Notes: generated by a model from the letters alone, not told the origin. A DNA stretch of 40,939 nt from an uncultured Pelolinea sp. (GCA_964540175.1 CAZILY010000002.1:1-40939); one strand, 5' to 3'. Numbered from the stretch's first letter, positions 20,314 to 30,691 are shown. Translations and numbers: made by a program.

Positions 20314-23300
20314 TTATTTCTGCACCACCTTAAATAGATTGGTATCTTCGGAGGAGTAAACTAGTTCTAATAATCCATCCGCATATAAGAAAAATTTGTC
20401 AATCCCTTCCCGAGGATAGACACTTCTTTCTAATTGCCCAATAACAATGTAATCAATTTTATAATTTTCAATCAGTTCTTTAGCTTCTGACATATCGGCA
20501 GCGGAATAAAACGTATTCACATCTTCAACTCGTTTAAATACCCAATCTGAAGGATTTATTGCGCGTTGTTGGCGTTGATGCCAATTCCAACCAATAACCC
20601 CTGGTAATCCAGTGTAAATCGTGATCCTATTCCCCCAGCGATATTCTGGCACATTTGCTTCGATTATTATCGGAGTGCCTTTAATATTATCCTGCATCCA
20701 GCGGATTAGTTCATAATCCTGATTTAAATCCATCGCCTGTTTGTTTTCAGTATAGCTGGAATATCGCATGTATTCCATCCCATCAAGTGTTACAGGAATA
20801 GTGTCTGAGATTCTATCAGTGATCTTATCAGCGCTTGCAATAATTGGGAACAAAGCGACAGAAATGGACAGCAATAAAACCATTGTAACCCAAGCTGAAA
20901 GCACATGTTTCTTTTCCCGAATCTTTATACTCATAAGAAGTTGATATAAGTACCATGAGGAACCTATTGCCAGGCAAGTCCACGCCTGCATATAAAACTT
21001 AAATACGGTGTTCATTCGACCAATATCCCCGGAAAGAACAACAAGCTCCACTAAGAGGGTAAGCCCTAAACCAATACATGTAAGAATAATAATAAACCGC
21101 TTCTTCTCAGAATTTTCTTTCCTGAATAACAAAAGACTTAAAAGTGTAACTGCTGGAATTACAAAAATACTAATTTCTACATTTTTGATAACCAAAAATA
21201 CTACTACAGTTAGGAGGAGTAAAAAACCAGCAATGATACCCCTTCGATAGGGATAAAATTTATTTAATCTGGACAAAGGCGTGATTCGCATCCAATTCTT
21301 TACTTCAATGAATATCCAACTATAAATTATGAATATAAAATACCCCCAATGAGTCAAATACGACCCTAATGGTGTTTTTTCTCCTGTCCAAAAATCTATT
21401 GATGTATACCCCTGCCCATACCATCTCGAAAACGGATAATAAAGGAAATATGAAATTAACCCTAAACTTATAGCAGATAATATACCCAAACATATAGTTC
21501 TTTTCCGACTCGAAAGATTTGGGAATATCTTTGTGGAAGGTATCGCGTATTTTAAATATATGTATAAAATACCTCCACAAGCAATCATCAAAGCCACAGG
21601 ATAATCCCATGTGTTAGTCGGGCGCAGTGCACCAACAATAAGCCCCCCAACAAGTAATTTCATCGGGAATTCCCATTTTCTTTGGTATTGCATTCGCTCA
21701 TTAATTAATGAAATTGTCCAACTCAAAACGAGGAGTGTAATCGGGAGTGCAAACAAATGAGCATGAGGATCCCCATATAAAAAAGTAAAATATGGGAATT
21801 CTGTAATTGGTTCACCTGGTATGGTTCTAGATGGTATCCAGTACCAATCTCCAGGATAATAATTAAAGTTTATTTGTTTAAGGAATATTTTTATCCCATC
21901 AAAAAATGAAGCGATCGAGTTAATATTTCGTAGATTAGCAAATGGATGTGCAATTTCAGGTATTCTCCGAAAACCTTGAACAACCATTTTTACAGTTCCC
22001 AGATTGCCGATTATTAAAACAAATATTGCAGTAATCAAACCAGAAAGCATTTTCCTTTTTAAAAACGTTGATTTTTTCGACTCGCCACGGTTCTCGAATC
22101 CTCTTTCTAAAAGATTCCAGCCAACACAAAATGCGGAGGAAGCTGTGAAACTAAAAAAACTAGGCAGTATCAGATTGTATGCAATTGAGGGAACTATACC
22201 TAATAATTTTGTCGGAATTGCAGCAATAAGAAAGCCCCAGTAATAATAATTTATATATCCACCAGCGTACCAGGGGTCATACGGTGGATATGAAACGCTC
22301 TTGATCAGCGCATTGAAATAAGAGAAATCCATTGGCTTTTCCCCTCCCTTATAAGGATGCCAAAGATCTGGATTTCCAATACGTATGAGCAGGAAGAAAA
22401 CGAAAAAACTTAAAATAATGATTTCAATAGAGAGTATAGAAATTAAATTGTCTGATAATTCTTGGAATATCTCGGTTTTTTCCAGGTAGAACAGAACTCC
22501 ATTAATTACAAAAAGAATTAGAATGCAATAAAATATTGTCCAACGAGTAACTTGAATCCCTAGTGAGCCAGCTATCCAAACAATAAATGTCAGAATTACA
22601 AGTCCTGCAACCCTTAAGATTGGCCATCCTTTTCTGTCTAAGCCCTTGAAAGCAATCCTAATGGTTGGGTATACCATCCAACCCAGAAATGTTATGCCGA
22701 TATACCAAACCAAAATAGATATGATTGGGTTTTTATTTTGTAGAGAATCGTAATCGAAGATATTTGCCCATGTCCCTGTACTTTTCTGGAAATTCCATGT
22801 TTCTTCCGGCAAATTTAAGATTCCCGGGCGTTGTTCCGCTTCTTGTGGAGAAATATTTAACACTTCATCAAGGTTAACAATTGAAAGTGAGTCAACTGCG
22901 GTTTCAAATGAGAAATCTTCCGATTTCTCAAATATAAACACTTTTGGATGGTCATAAACTGAAAACGCCTCTTCGGCAAATTGTGTGTTTATCTCCATTC
23001 CAAAAATTTCAGGTTCTGATTGAAAAGTCTTAATTAGTTCAAATTCCAGGTTTCCAGTGTAAATCCCCGGTTGTGCTTTTTTGTAGCACCGCTGGACATC
23101 TGTTGAATTGCATCCAATTAATTCTTTATAGAATAATGTGGATAACGGGTACTTTTCTGGAATTTGAGTAATGCTGCCCCATTGCCTATTAGAGCTGAAA
23201 ATAATATAATCCGCTTGGTCTAGTATTGAGACAAATCGTGAGAATTTATCCACGTTGTCATCCCAGTACATCTGAAAATTTAACTCCGATTGATAAACTC

Positions 23301-25566
23301 CCGAATAATTATCGAAAGGGTTCAATCCATACATAAACAATGGCAATGTATCATCCCAATCGGTTTCCTTGGCAGTTTTACTTCCATATATAAAAGCGGG
23401 GGATAAATCTAGCGCATCAATACTAACTGACAGTTCATAAACCACATCTGGTTCTACAATAACCGGCCTCTCAAATACAACAGAAAAACCCTGACCTCTA
23501 AAATCATCTCTTTCAGAAAATCGGGCAAACAATTTTCCAGCTGACAAAACTTGCCCGGTCGATGAGTTTTTTACTTCTGCAGTGAAAGATACTTCACTTC
23601 TTTCATTGACAGCAGTCCGCACACGATAATAATCTATTTGCAACAATTCGCCTTTTTCAATCGGCGTAAAAGTATAATTGTATGGTTCTCCCACCAACAT
23701 TGGCTCTGCAAACTCAAAAATCCGTTTATAAATCTCTTTTTCCCCTACCTGGTTCACAATACTTACAGTTCCAGAGAATTGCAGCTTGCTTTCAGGTTGT
23801 ATAGAGCGTAAAAAAAAGATATATTCTTTGCCTTTTTCTAATAAAACATCATTTGGTAAATCGTATTGATAACTATTTCCCCTTACATCACCCTCCATTT
23901 GAAATAATCCGGTTATTTCGATTTCTGTGAGGAGATCATTATTGTTACCCTTTTCATATATCGTAATCACAAGATGCTGATCCACATAAACCGGGGTTTT
24001 TGCAATAATATGATCAAATGCAATCCCGGAAATTGAAGTGTCTTTCCCGGGACTAAAATCGAAAGAAAGTCCTTTTTCTGAGGTCAACTCATAGTACTTT
24101 GGGTATGGTATTGGCTGAGAAATTTCTTCATCCTCATTCTTAATTCTCAGATTGATCGCCCCTTCAATATTTTTATAAATCCACTCACTAGCTTCTATCC
24201 GTGTCATCGGTTGTCGATATACATTGACAAATGCTAATGCCCATACAATGGCAGAGAAAATGAAAACCATAACAATTAATAATCTATAGTAATTTTTCAA
24301 CCAATAATGTTTGTTTCTTCTTTTTTCTATTGCTACAAGAAAACAATCAATTAGCCAGCCAACGGTAACCGCTAACGTTGGATATACCAATAAAAAATAA
24401 CGCATAGTAGGGTTCCACCGAATCGCCTGCCATAACAAGTAAATTATGTTCCATCCCATTAGTAAACCAAAGTGCTTCCACTCACCTTTGATAAGCTTTC
24501 CCCCCATCATTAAAAGGCCAATTAATGACAAAAGGCCAAAAGACAGACCCATTCCCCAAACGACCATATTTGTTATTGGAAAGAAAACCGACCGTCTCGT
24601 CCATTGAAGAGATGGTGGGTAATTACTTAATCCTGAGCTTAAAGCACTTAATTCCTTTAAATTATTGATCCATTTTGGATTCAACGAAAAATTAAGAAAT
24701 TCAGGACCTGAAAACGCATAAGGCTGGAATAATCTGAACACAATTAAACTTAATACTCCAGCAACCATTAAATTTCGTAGACGAATTTTCCACTGAAAAT
24801 CAGATAGATCATAAGGAATATTTCGATCTGATAATAATATTGCAGCAGGAAGAAGAACTGCAGCCACAACAGCATTTATCTTTGATGCTGTGGCCAAACC
24901 TAATGCAACCGAAAAAAGTACGAAATAGCCAAAACCCTCCCAATCACTGATTAATATTTTCCATTTCTGGTGATTTTCCTGCGAGCGAATGCGTGAACGA
25001 TCACAGCGCATAACACGCACAGCAGCAAAGAACGCGAGCATAGTAAAGAACGTAGTGAAGTTGTCAACGATGAAAAAATGAGAGATCTGAATGGGTAAAG
25101 GCGCACATGCATAGAAAAGCGCAGCAAATAAACCATTTCGGTTAGACTGGAATAAATCCCGCGCGATGAAGTACACTAAAACAATAGTACCCAGATCAAA
25201 AATTCCAGAAAGATATCTCCCAACAATATGTATCTCTGAATAGCTGGTTTGGTTAAGGAATTCTCCAATATATCGAACAAGAAATATTGGTAGTGTTCCA
25301 TATACAAAAAATGGAAATGTCTGGTTTCCGTTTGCATCAATTACATTGTGCGGGTTAAGAGAGGAGTTATTTGTATCAAAGTATTCACTGAGGTTTTCTA
25401 CAGGGTTGAGTGCTGTTTCCACCATAGTAAGAAAGCGTTCATCTGGATGAAGGTGGTAGTTGTCATCCCAGTTTATCCCAACAAACCGGAAATAAGCGCC
25501 GCCAGCTATAACCAGAATTAAAGCAAAGAGTATAAACCAGCTTTCTCTTTTTTTCATATTGATCAT
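20314..25566 (-). CDS. 1750-aa fusion: GT-C (GT39/PMT-like) domain, extracytoplasmic beta repeats and DUF2298/YYY domain
   Basis: N-terminal HPDERF acidic loop, GRYLSG.FD, SHFF.VD and GLATASK. C-terminal half has EKPMD...PPYDPWYAGGYINYYYWG, NTWDYP and RMNTVFKFY. Confidence 0.88.
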   Translation of the reverse strand: MINMKKRESWFILFALILVIAGGAYFRFVGINWDDNYHLHPDERFLTMVETALNPVENLSEYFDTNNSSLNPHNVIDANGNQTFPFFVYGTLPIFLVRYIGEFLNQTSYSEIHIVGRYLSGIFDLGTIVLVYFIARDLFQSNRNGLFAALFYACAPLPIQISHFFIVDNFTTFFTMLAFFAAVRVMRCDRSRIRSQENHQKWKILISDWEGFGYFVLFSVALGLATASKINAVVAAVLLPAAILLSDRNIPYDLSDFQWKIRLRNLMVAGVLSLIVFRLFQPYAFSGPEFLNFSLNPKWINNLKELSALSSGLSNYPPSLQWTRRSVFFPITNMVVWGMGLSFGLLSLIGLLMMGGKLIKGEWKHFGLLMGWNIIYLLWQAIRWNPTMRYFLLVYPTLAVTVGWLIDCFLVAIEKRRNKHYWLKNYYRLLIVMVFIFSAIVWALAFVNVYRQPMTRIEASEWIYKNIEGAINLRIKNEDEEISQPIPYPKYYELTSEKGLSFDFSPGKDTSISGIAFDHIIAKTPVYVDQHLVITIYEKGNNNDLLTEIEITGLFQMEGDVRGNSYQYDLPNDVLLEKGKEYIFFLRSIQPESKLQFSGTVSIVNQVGEKEIYKRIFEFAEPMLVGEPYNYTFTPIEKGELLQIDYYRVRTAVNERSEVSFTAEVKNSSTGQVLSAGKLFARFSERDDFRGQGFSVVFERPVIVEPDVVYELSVSIDALDLSPAFIYGSKTAKETDWDDTLPLFMYGLNPFDNYSGVYQSELNFQMYWDDNVDKFSRFVSILDQADYIIFSSNRQWGSITQIPEKYPLSTLFYKELIGCNSTDVQRCYKKAQPGIYTGNLEFELIKTFQSEPEIFGMEINTQFAEEAFSVYDHPKVFIFEKSEDFSFETAVDSLSIVNLDEVLNISPQEAEQRPGILNLPEETWNFQKSTGTWANIFDYDSLQNKNPIISILVWYIGITFLGWMVYPTIRIAFKGLDRKGWPILRVAGLVILTFIVWIAGSLGIQVTRWTIFYCILILFVINGVLFYLEKTEIFQELSDNLISILSIEIIILSFFVFFLLIRIGNPDLWHPYKGGEKPMDFSYFNALIKSVSYPPYDPWYAGGYINYYYWGFLIAAIPTKLLGIVPSIAYNLILPSFFSFTASSAFCVGWNLLERGFENRGESKKSTFLKRKMLSGLITAIFVLIIGNLGTVKMVVQGFRRIPEIAHPFANLRNINSIASFFDGIKIFLKQINFNYYPGDWYWIPSRTIPGEPITEFPYFTFLYGDPHAHLFALPITLLVLSWTISLINERMQYQRKWEFPMKLLVGGLIVGALRPTNTWDYPVALMIACGGILYIYLKYAIPSTKIFPNLSSRKRTICLGILSAISLGLISYFLYYPFSRWYGQGYTSIDFWTGEKTPLGSYLTHWGYFIFIIYSWIFIEVKNWMRITPLSRLNKFYPYRRGIIAGFLLLLTVVVFLVIKNVEISIFVIPAVTLLSLLLFRKENSEKKRFIIILTCIGLGLTLLVELVVLSGDIGRMNTVFKFYMQAWTCLAIGSSWYLYQLLMSIKIREKKHVLSAWVTMVLLLSISVALFPIIASADKITDRISDTIPVTLDGMEYMRYSSYTENKQAMDLNQDYELIRWMQDNIKGTPIIIEANVPEYRWGNRITIYTGLPGVIGWNWHQRQQRAINPSDWVFKRVEDVNTFYSAADMSEAKELIENYKIDYIVIGQLERSVYPREGIDKFFLYADGLLELVYSSEDTNLFKVVQK

Positions 25567-25584
25567 ATATTCTCAGTGTTTGAA

Positions 25585-27663
25585 TTAATTTAACCCTTTC
25601 ACAGTATAAATGATGAATTCTTTTCCCGGTATCCTTGAATAGAATATGGCTGTTTCACCATCCGGAAAATATCTTTCCAATACAGAGAGAGTTGCACTAT
25701 CCTCTGGTTTAATAATGTATAATTTGTCTCCTGAATCTTTAGTAGTTTTTGAAATCTCATCTCGCCAAAGAGCAAAATCTTTTCCAGGGTATCCAGCATT
25801 AAAACCCACCAGACGTGTATCCACCCAGTGAGGATAAGGAACAACATACGCAAGGTCTTGGCTTCCTCCAGATTGAACAAACTTCTTGACCACATTCCCA
25901 ATTTCCGTTGAGTTCCATGCATTCATGTCAAACTGTTCTTTATACTCATTGAAGACAATATGATAATTGTTTGCTAATGAGATTGATATTATAACTACCC
26001 CTATCGTTCCAGAAATTAATCTTGAAATCCTTTTTGAAAAAGAATTAATGATTGCCTTATTTAAAACAAGAAAACCAATACCAATAATAACAAAAATAGG
26101 TACCAGCGCACCTGCGCTTCTATTTAGTGAAGGATTTTCCCCGGTGTAAGCAAGCGATAAGATAGAAGGCATCATTAAAATAGGAATAGATACTAACACC
26201 CCCCCCGCCTCCCAACTTCTTTCTTTTTTAATTTTGTGAATCAGGTAAACCACACCAACAAAGAAAAAACCAGCACTTACGAAGTCTAGCGCAGGCCGAT
26301 TTGGTACAGAGTGCACCCATATCTGGCCATTTTTATAGAATGGCATGACAATAGAATCCCAAAGATTTTTTATAAACAGAATAAATGCAGGTTCATTAAA
26401 AGATCGTTCAATTTGAGTAATCCGCGAAAGTGATCGGTAACTAAAACCTCCTGGATTATCAAACCAATATCTTAATAGAGGGAGAAAAACAGACAAAGCC
26501 CCAATTCCAACGATACTTAAACCAAACATTGTCTGAATACGAAAATTAACAGACTCTCTGTTTAGTAGAAATAAGAAAACAACAATCATAACTAAAATAG
26601 GTAATATACGAGAAGAGCTGTATCCATGAAGACCCAATCCTAAAGATAATCCGCACAATAAAAGAAAATTGCTGTCTCTTTCTTTTAAACCTCTGATTAA
26701 GAAATATAGAACAGGTGCAGTAAATAATGGGTATAAAGAATACCGTAAACCTACCCTCGATATCACATTAGGCCAATATCCGATACCTGCAAACAAAAAT
26801 GCGAACAAACCTCCCCACTTGTTCGATTGATCCTTACCAATTAAAAATATGAACGGTAGTGTTAAAAGCCCAAAAATAACTGTTCCGATCTTTAAACTCA
26901 AAAAATTCATATCTGTGCTAAATATTTTAATGATTGTTGCTGTGAAGTAGAACTGAATTCCTTCCCGTCCTGTATTTCTAACAAAAAACACCGGAAAATC
27001 TCCCCTTAACACATCCATCACATCTAATAATTTTTCTGCATGATCACTAAACATTTCACCTGGTATTTCATTAATTCTATAGATACGAAAAAATAATATG
27101 ATAATGCTCGCAAGAATCATTAGAGCAATGAAACCCAGATCCTTCTTCTGTGGTTTTCCTTTTGAATATGCTGTGGGTTTCCAAACTGCAATAATAAAAA
27201 ATAGCACACTCGCCAACCAAGAAAAAATATTTATCCAGTTAAACTGATTTTCAGAAAATAGAAAAAAGGAAAGAATATGAAAAATAAAAAATAAAACAAG
27301 GAATAAATCCCTTTTTCCTAATTGAAAATTATTATCTGTTGAAATTGTTTTTTGTTTTTTTAAATATGGGTACTGCACAAAACCAACCCACAAAAACACT
27401 GCGGAGAAGAGATATAAAACCAGGGCACGTGGCACGTGTAATCGAGAAGGTTCAAGAAATGCTTGTGCAAGCAACGCCAATCCTGTACCAAATATAATTT
27501 TTCCATTTCCTTTTCCACGTCCAAAATTATTTTCCTTCAGCTTGATTGGCCGCCCTTTTTTACCATCACCAAGGTTAAGGAAATCATGGATATTTATCGT
27601 TATCCCAGGATCAAAAAGAGATTTTATGTAATCTAAAATACTAGGTTCTTGCATCGTTTGCAA
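25585..27663 (-). CDS. GT-C glycosyltransferase (GT39/ArnT-like)
   Basis: Multiple TMs, FRIYRI..IPGEMFSDHAE, SRVGLRY, GLSLGLGLHGY and PSLNRS. The start could be Met4 (27654). Confidence 0.8.
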   Translation of the reverse strand: MQTMQEPSILDYIKSLFDPGITINIHDFLNLGDGKKGRPIKLKENNFGRGKGNGKIIFGTGLALLAQAFLEPSRLHVPRALVLYLFSAVFLWVGFVQYPYLKKQKTISTDNNFQLGKRDLFLVLFFIFHILSFFLFSENQFNWINIFSWLASVLFFIIAVWKPTAYSKGKPQKKDLGFIALMILASIIILFFRIYRINEIPGEMFSDHAEKLLDVMDVLRGDFPVFFVRNTGREGIQFYFTATIIKIFSTDMNFLSLKIGTVIFGLLTLPFIFLIGKDQSNKWGGLFAFLFAGIGYWPNVISRVGLRYSLYPLFTAPVLYFLIRGLKERDSNFLLLCGLSLGLGLHGYSSSRILPILVMIVVFLFLLNRESVNFRIQTMFGLSIVGIGALSVFLPLLRYWFDNPGGFSYRSLSRITQIERSFNEPAFILFIKNLWDSIVMPFYKNGQIWVHSVPNRPALDFVSAGFFFVGVVYLIHKIKKERSWEAGGVLVSIPILMMPSILSLAYTGENPSLNRSAGALVPIFVIIGIGFLVLNKAIINSFSKRISRLISGTIGVVIISISLANNYHIVFNEYKEQFDMNAWNSTEIGNVVKKFVQSGGSQDLAYVVPYPHWVDTRLVGFNAGYPGKDFALWRDEISKTTKDSGDKLYIIKPEDSATLSVLERYFPDGETAIFYSRIPGKEFIIYTVKGLN

Positions 27664-28453
27664 TCTTTTTAGATATAAAGAATGTATAAGCCCCCTCAGG
27701 TGATTCTTGGTCTAAAAAATAGTGCTTTTTTAGCCAAACAGACACAACCCATAAATTCCATCTAGTAGGAACCAGTATCCATTTTCCAAAGATTTTCTTA
27801 CTAAACCATGATGGAATTCCGAATAAATGCCCCCATTCCAAGATCTTCAAGGATGTCTTTGGAAAATAATTCCAGGATTTTAATATTTCAAATCCCGCAG
27901 ATTCTAATCTTTCTTCCCATTTGGATACCGGGTCTGGATGGTAATGGCGTGAAATCTTATTAAATAAATGTTGATAGGATTTCGCCCAATTTTTTAACCC
28001 CACCCTATTGAAGAATCTCCCTACTGAAAGGTTCCTAGTGAAGTTTTCATTGGGAACAGTTATTATAAAAAATCCGCCATGATTTAATATTCTTCTCGCT
28101 TCACTAAAAACAGGTTCAAGTACTTTTATATGTTCAAGAACAGAGTTACTAAAAACAGTGGAAAAATAACTGCTTCTGAAAGGTAAGTGGTCACCTGATC
28201 CACATATATGAAGTACACAGTTCTTCTCTTGTTTTGCATTTCGCAATTCAGAGAATGCAGGGTCAATTCCAACATCAATAGAACGAGAAAAAGTTTCTGA
28301 GGTGAAATGTCCATCACCAATACCCAGATCAAGTATGGGTGAGGGCATGTTTATATCTTGATAATATCTTCCTTCCACAGCCCGTAAAAATGCTCGAAAA
28401 TAAGGTAGTGAGATTATGTTTTTCCAGAAAAGATCGAGGTGTTTTTTCTCCAT
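27641..28453 (-). CDS. Class I SAM-dependent methyltransferase
   Basis: ILDLGIGDG, GID, LPF...FSTVFSNSVLEHI and RRIL..GG.FIITVP. Confidence 0.88.
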   Translation of the reverse strand: MEKKHLDLFWKNIISLPYFRAFLRAVEGRYYQDINMPSPILDLGIGDGHFTSETFSRSIDVGIDPAFSELRNAKQEKNCVLHICGSGDHLPFRSSYFSTVFSNSVLEHIKVLEPVFSEARRILNHGGFFIITVPNENFTRNLSVGRFFNRVGLKNWAKSYQHLFNKISRHYHPDPVSKWEERLESAGFEILKSWNYFPKTSLKILEWGHLFGIPSWFSKKIFGKWILVPTRWNLWVVSVWLKKHYFLDQESPEGAYTFFISKKIANDART

Positions 28454-28460
28454 TCAGTTC

Positions 28461-29639
28461 CTATAATTCTGAAGAGGGGTTTATTTCTTTATTGATTTCT
28501 TTAAATAATTTTATATATTCTTCCGCTACAGAAAACGGAGTATATTGTTCCTTTATCTTTTGATATCCGATCGAGTACTTTTCCTTATGTTCAAAAACCT
28601 TAATAACAGCCTGCGCCAATTCTTTAAAATCTCCGATTGGAATAACCTCGCCCATACCGTGTCTAATTACTGGCTGGCGAACTCCAGGTAGGTTTGAAGC
28701 AATGCTTGGGACTTTATTAATCATAGCTTCAATTTGTACCAATCCAAATGCTTCGGTCGAATTCAAGCTTGGTATTGTTAGAATATCCAGGTTAGGATAG
28801 AAGCCAGCCATTTCACGGGGAGACAACAACCCTAAGAATTTCCAGTTACCTTTTTCCTGGTAGCGCCTAATCAACGGCATCAATCTTTCGAAATAACGTT
28901 CTTCGCCAAGGATGTTTTCATACGGCCCTGCGAACCACACCTCAGTTTTCGGATATTTCAAGATAATTTCTTCTAATGCATATAAAAGAACTTCCACACC
29001 TTTTTCTGTTGCAAAACGCGCGGCCATGCCTATGACAGGATGATTATCAGAAGGATTATGCTGCTGTTTGAAGGTTTGAATTTCTAATTCTGAAATTTCC
29101 GGCAATTCGACAGGAGGGTTGATCACCACCAGTTTTTCCATAAAATGGCTGATAAATTTTGAGTTCTCTGCGTAATCTTGCGTATAAGTAACAATTCGAT
29201 GCGTGAATATTCCCGCGATATGATTCATCAAGTGTACGCTCTGATTTGCAGCCCAATTTAAAATCCCTTTGGGCATCCTTAAATCGCAATGATACGTGAT
29301 AACAGTTGGTTTCTTATAAATTCTTCCCCTGAACGCTAACCCAGCAGCGTCCAATTGAGGAAGATGCAGATGGATCACATCATGCTCTCTAACAAGTTTA
29401 TTTGCCGCCCATCCCAATGTAGGCATTATTACCCCTTTGCTTACTCGCATGATTACAGGAATGCGAACAATCCGTACTCCTTGAAGAACTTCATTTCTTG
29501 GGAGAGCAGAATCATATTGTGATGTAAGTACAGTAACGTTATGTCCCTTTTTAACAAGTGCTTTTGCTAAACGTTCAGCATATATCGTTAACCCACTAGT
29601 ATGCGGGCGGTAATATGTCAGCTCAATTAATATTTTCAT
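28461..29639 (-). CDS. Glycosyltransferase family 4
   Basis: YRPHTSG, DVIHLH, ARFATEKG and PSLNSTEAFGLVQIEAM (Ex7E). Confidence 0.92.
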   Translation of the reverse strand: MKILIELTYYRPHTSGLTIYAERLAKALVKKGHNVTVLTSQYDSALPRNEVLQGVRIVRIPVIMRVSKGVIMPTLGWAANKLVREHDVIHLHLPQLDAAGLAFRGRIYKKPTVITYHCDLRMPKGILNWAANQSVHLMNHIAGIFTHRIVTYTQDYAENSKFISHFMEKLVVINPPVELPEISELEIQTFKQQHNPSDNHPVIGMAARFATEKGVEVLLYALEEIILKYPKTEVWFAGPYENILGEERYFERLMPLIRRYQEKGNWKFLGLLSPREMAGFYPNLDILTIPSLNSTEAFGLVQIEAMINKVPSIASNLPGVRQPVIRHGMGEVIPIGDFKELAQAVIKVFEHKEKYSIGYQKIKEQYTPFSVAEEYIKLFKEINKEINPSSEL

Positions 29640-29645
29640 TGATAT

Positions 29646-30683
29646 TTATGCAAATAGTTTTTTGTTTTCCGCCACCCATCGGTATAACGATGAAAGACCT
29701 TTTTCCACGCTTGTTTTTGGAGACCAGCCAAAATCATCCTTGATTTTTGAGATATCAGAAATGTAAATTTTCTGGTCACCTGGGCGCCATTCTTGAAAAC
29801 TTATTGGAATTTCTTTCCCGTGAATTTTTTCTAAAATCGGGCCAAATTCTCGCCAAATAGAAACAGAATTCTCAATTCCCCCACCAATATTAAATATCAG
29901 TCCTTTTGCGTCTTCTTTCCTGTCAATTGCCATATCGTAAGCATTCATTAAATCATCTACGAAAAGAAGATCTCTGACTTGTTTTCCATCCCCATAAATA
30001 GTGATCGGTTTACCTAATACCGCTGCAATCACAAACCATGCAACCCAACCCTGGTCTTCTACCCCAAATTGGCGCTTGCCATAAATGCAGCTCTGTCTGA
30101 AGACAACTGTAGGAATATCATAAATTCTTGAATAATCCCTGACATATTGATCGCCGCATCCTTTTGAACATCCATACGGTGAATGGAAATCCAATAATTG
30201 ATTTTCGTTAACACCGGCGTGAAGATCCTTAAATGAATATCGCATTTCCTTTTCAATAACCGTGATATCTTTAATCTCACCATAAACTTTATTCGTTGAC
30301 GCATAAATTATCAGCGGCTTTTCCCCACACAATCTTGCTGCTTCGAGTACATTGAAGGTTCCAGCCGCATTTACACTGAAATCAAATTGTGGATCGGTAA
30401 CCGATGAAGTAACCGCAACTTGCGCTGCTAAATGGATGATTACATCCTTTTCTTTTACGACATTCTTTAGATTTTCGTAATTACGAACATCACCTTTGCT
30501 AAATTCAAAAGATTTGCCATGAGTTTTGGAGGATATCCATTCTAAATTTTCTCTTGCCCCGTTTCTTGATAAATTATCATATATTGTTACATCGTCTCCA
30601 TTCAAAATCCGATGACAAGCGTAATTTGATCCGATGAAACCAGCCCCACCAGTTATCAGTATCTTTTTTGCCATTTTTTCCAC
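29646..30683 (-). CDS. NAD-dependent NDP-sugar epimerase, CDP-paratose/tyvelose 2-epimerase (RfbE/TyvE)-like
   Basis: TGGAGFIG, HLAAQVAVTSS, STNKVYG, LDFHSPYGCSKG and RQFG.EDQGWVAWF. The start may be ATG 30674. Confidence 0.85.
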   Translation of the reverse strand: MEKMAKKILITGGAGFIGSNYACHRILNGDDVTIYDNLSRNGARENLEWISSKTHGKSFEFSKGDVRNYENLKNVVKEKDVIIHLAAQVAVTSSVTDPQFDFSVNAAGTFNVLEAARLCGEKPLIIYASTNKVYGEIKDITVIEKEMRYSFKDLHAGVNENQLLDFHSPYGCSKGCGDQYVRDYSRIYDIPTVVFRQSCIYGKRQFGVEDQGWVAWFVIAAVLGKPITIYGDGKQVRDLLFVDDLMNAYDMAIDRKEDAKGLIFNIGGGIENSVSIWREFGPILEKIHGKEIPISFQEWRPGDQKIYISDISKIKDDFGWSPKTSVEKGLSSLYRWVAENKKLFA

Positions 30684-30691
30684 ACCTATTC

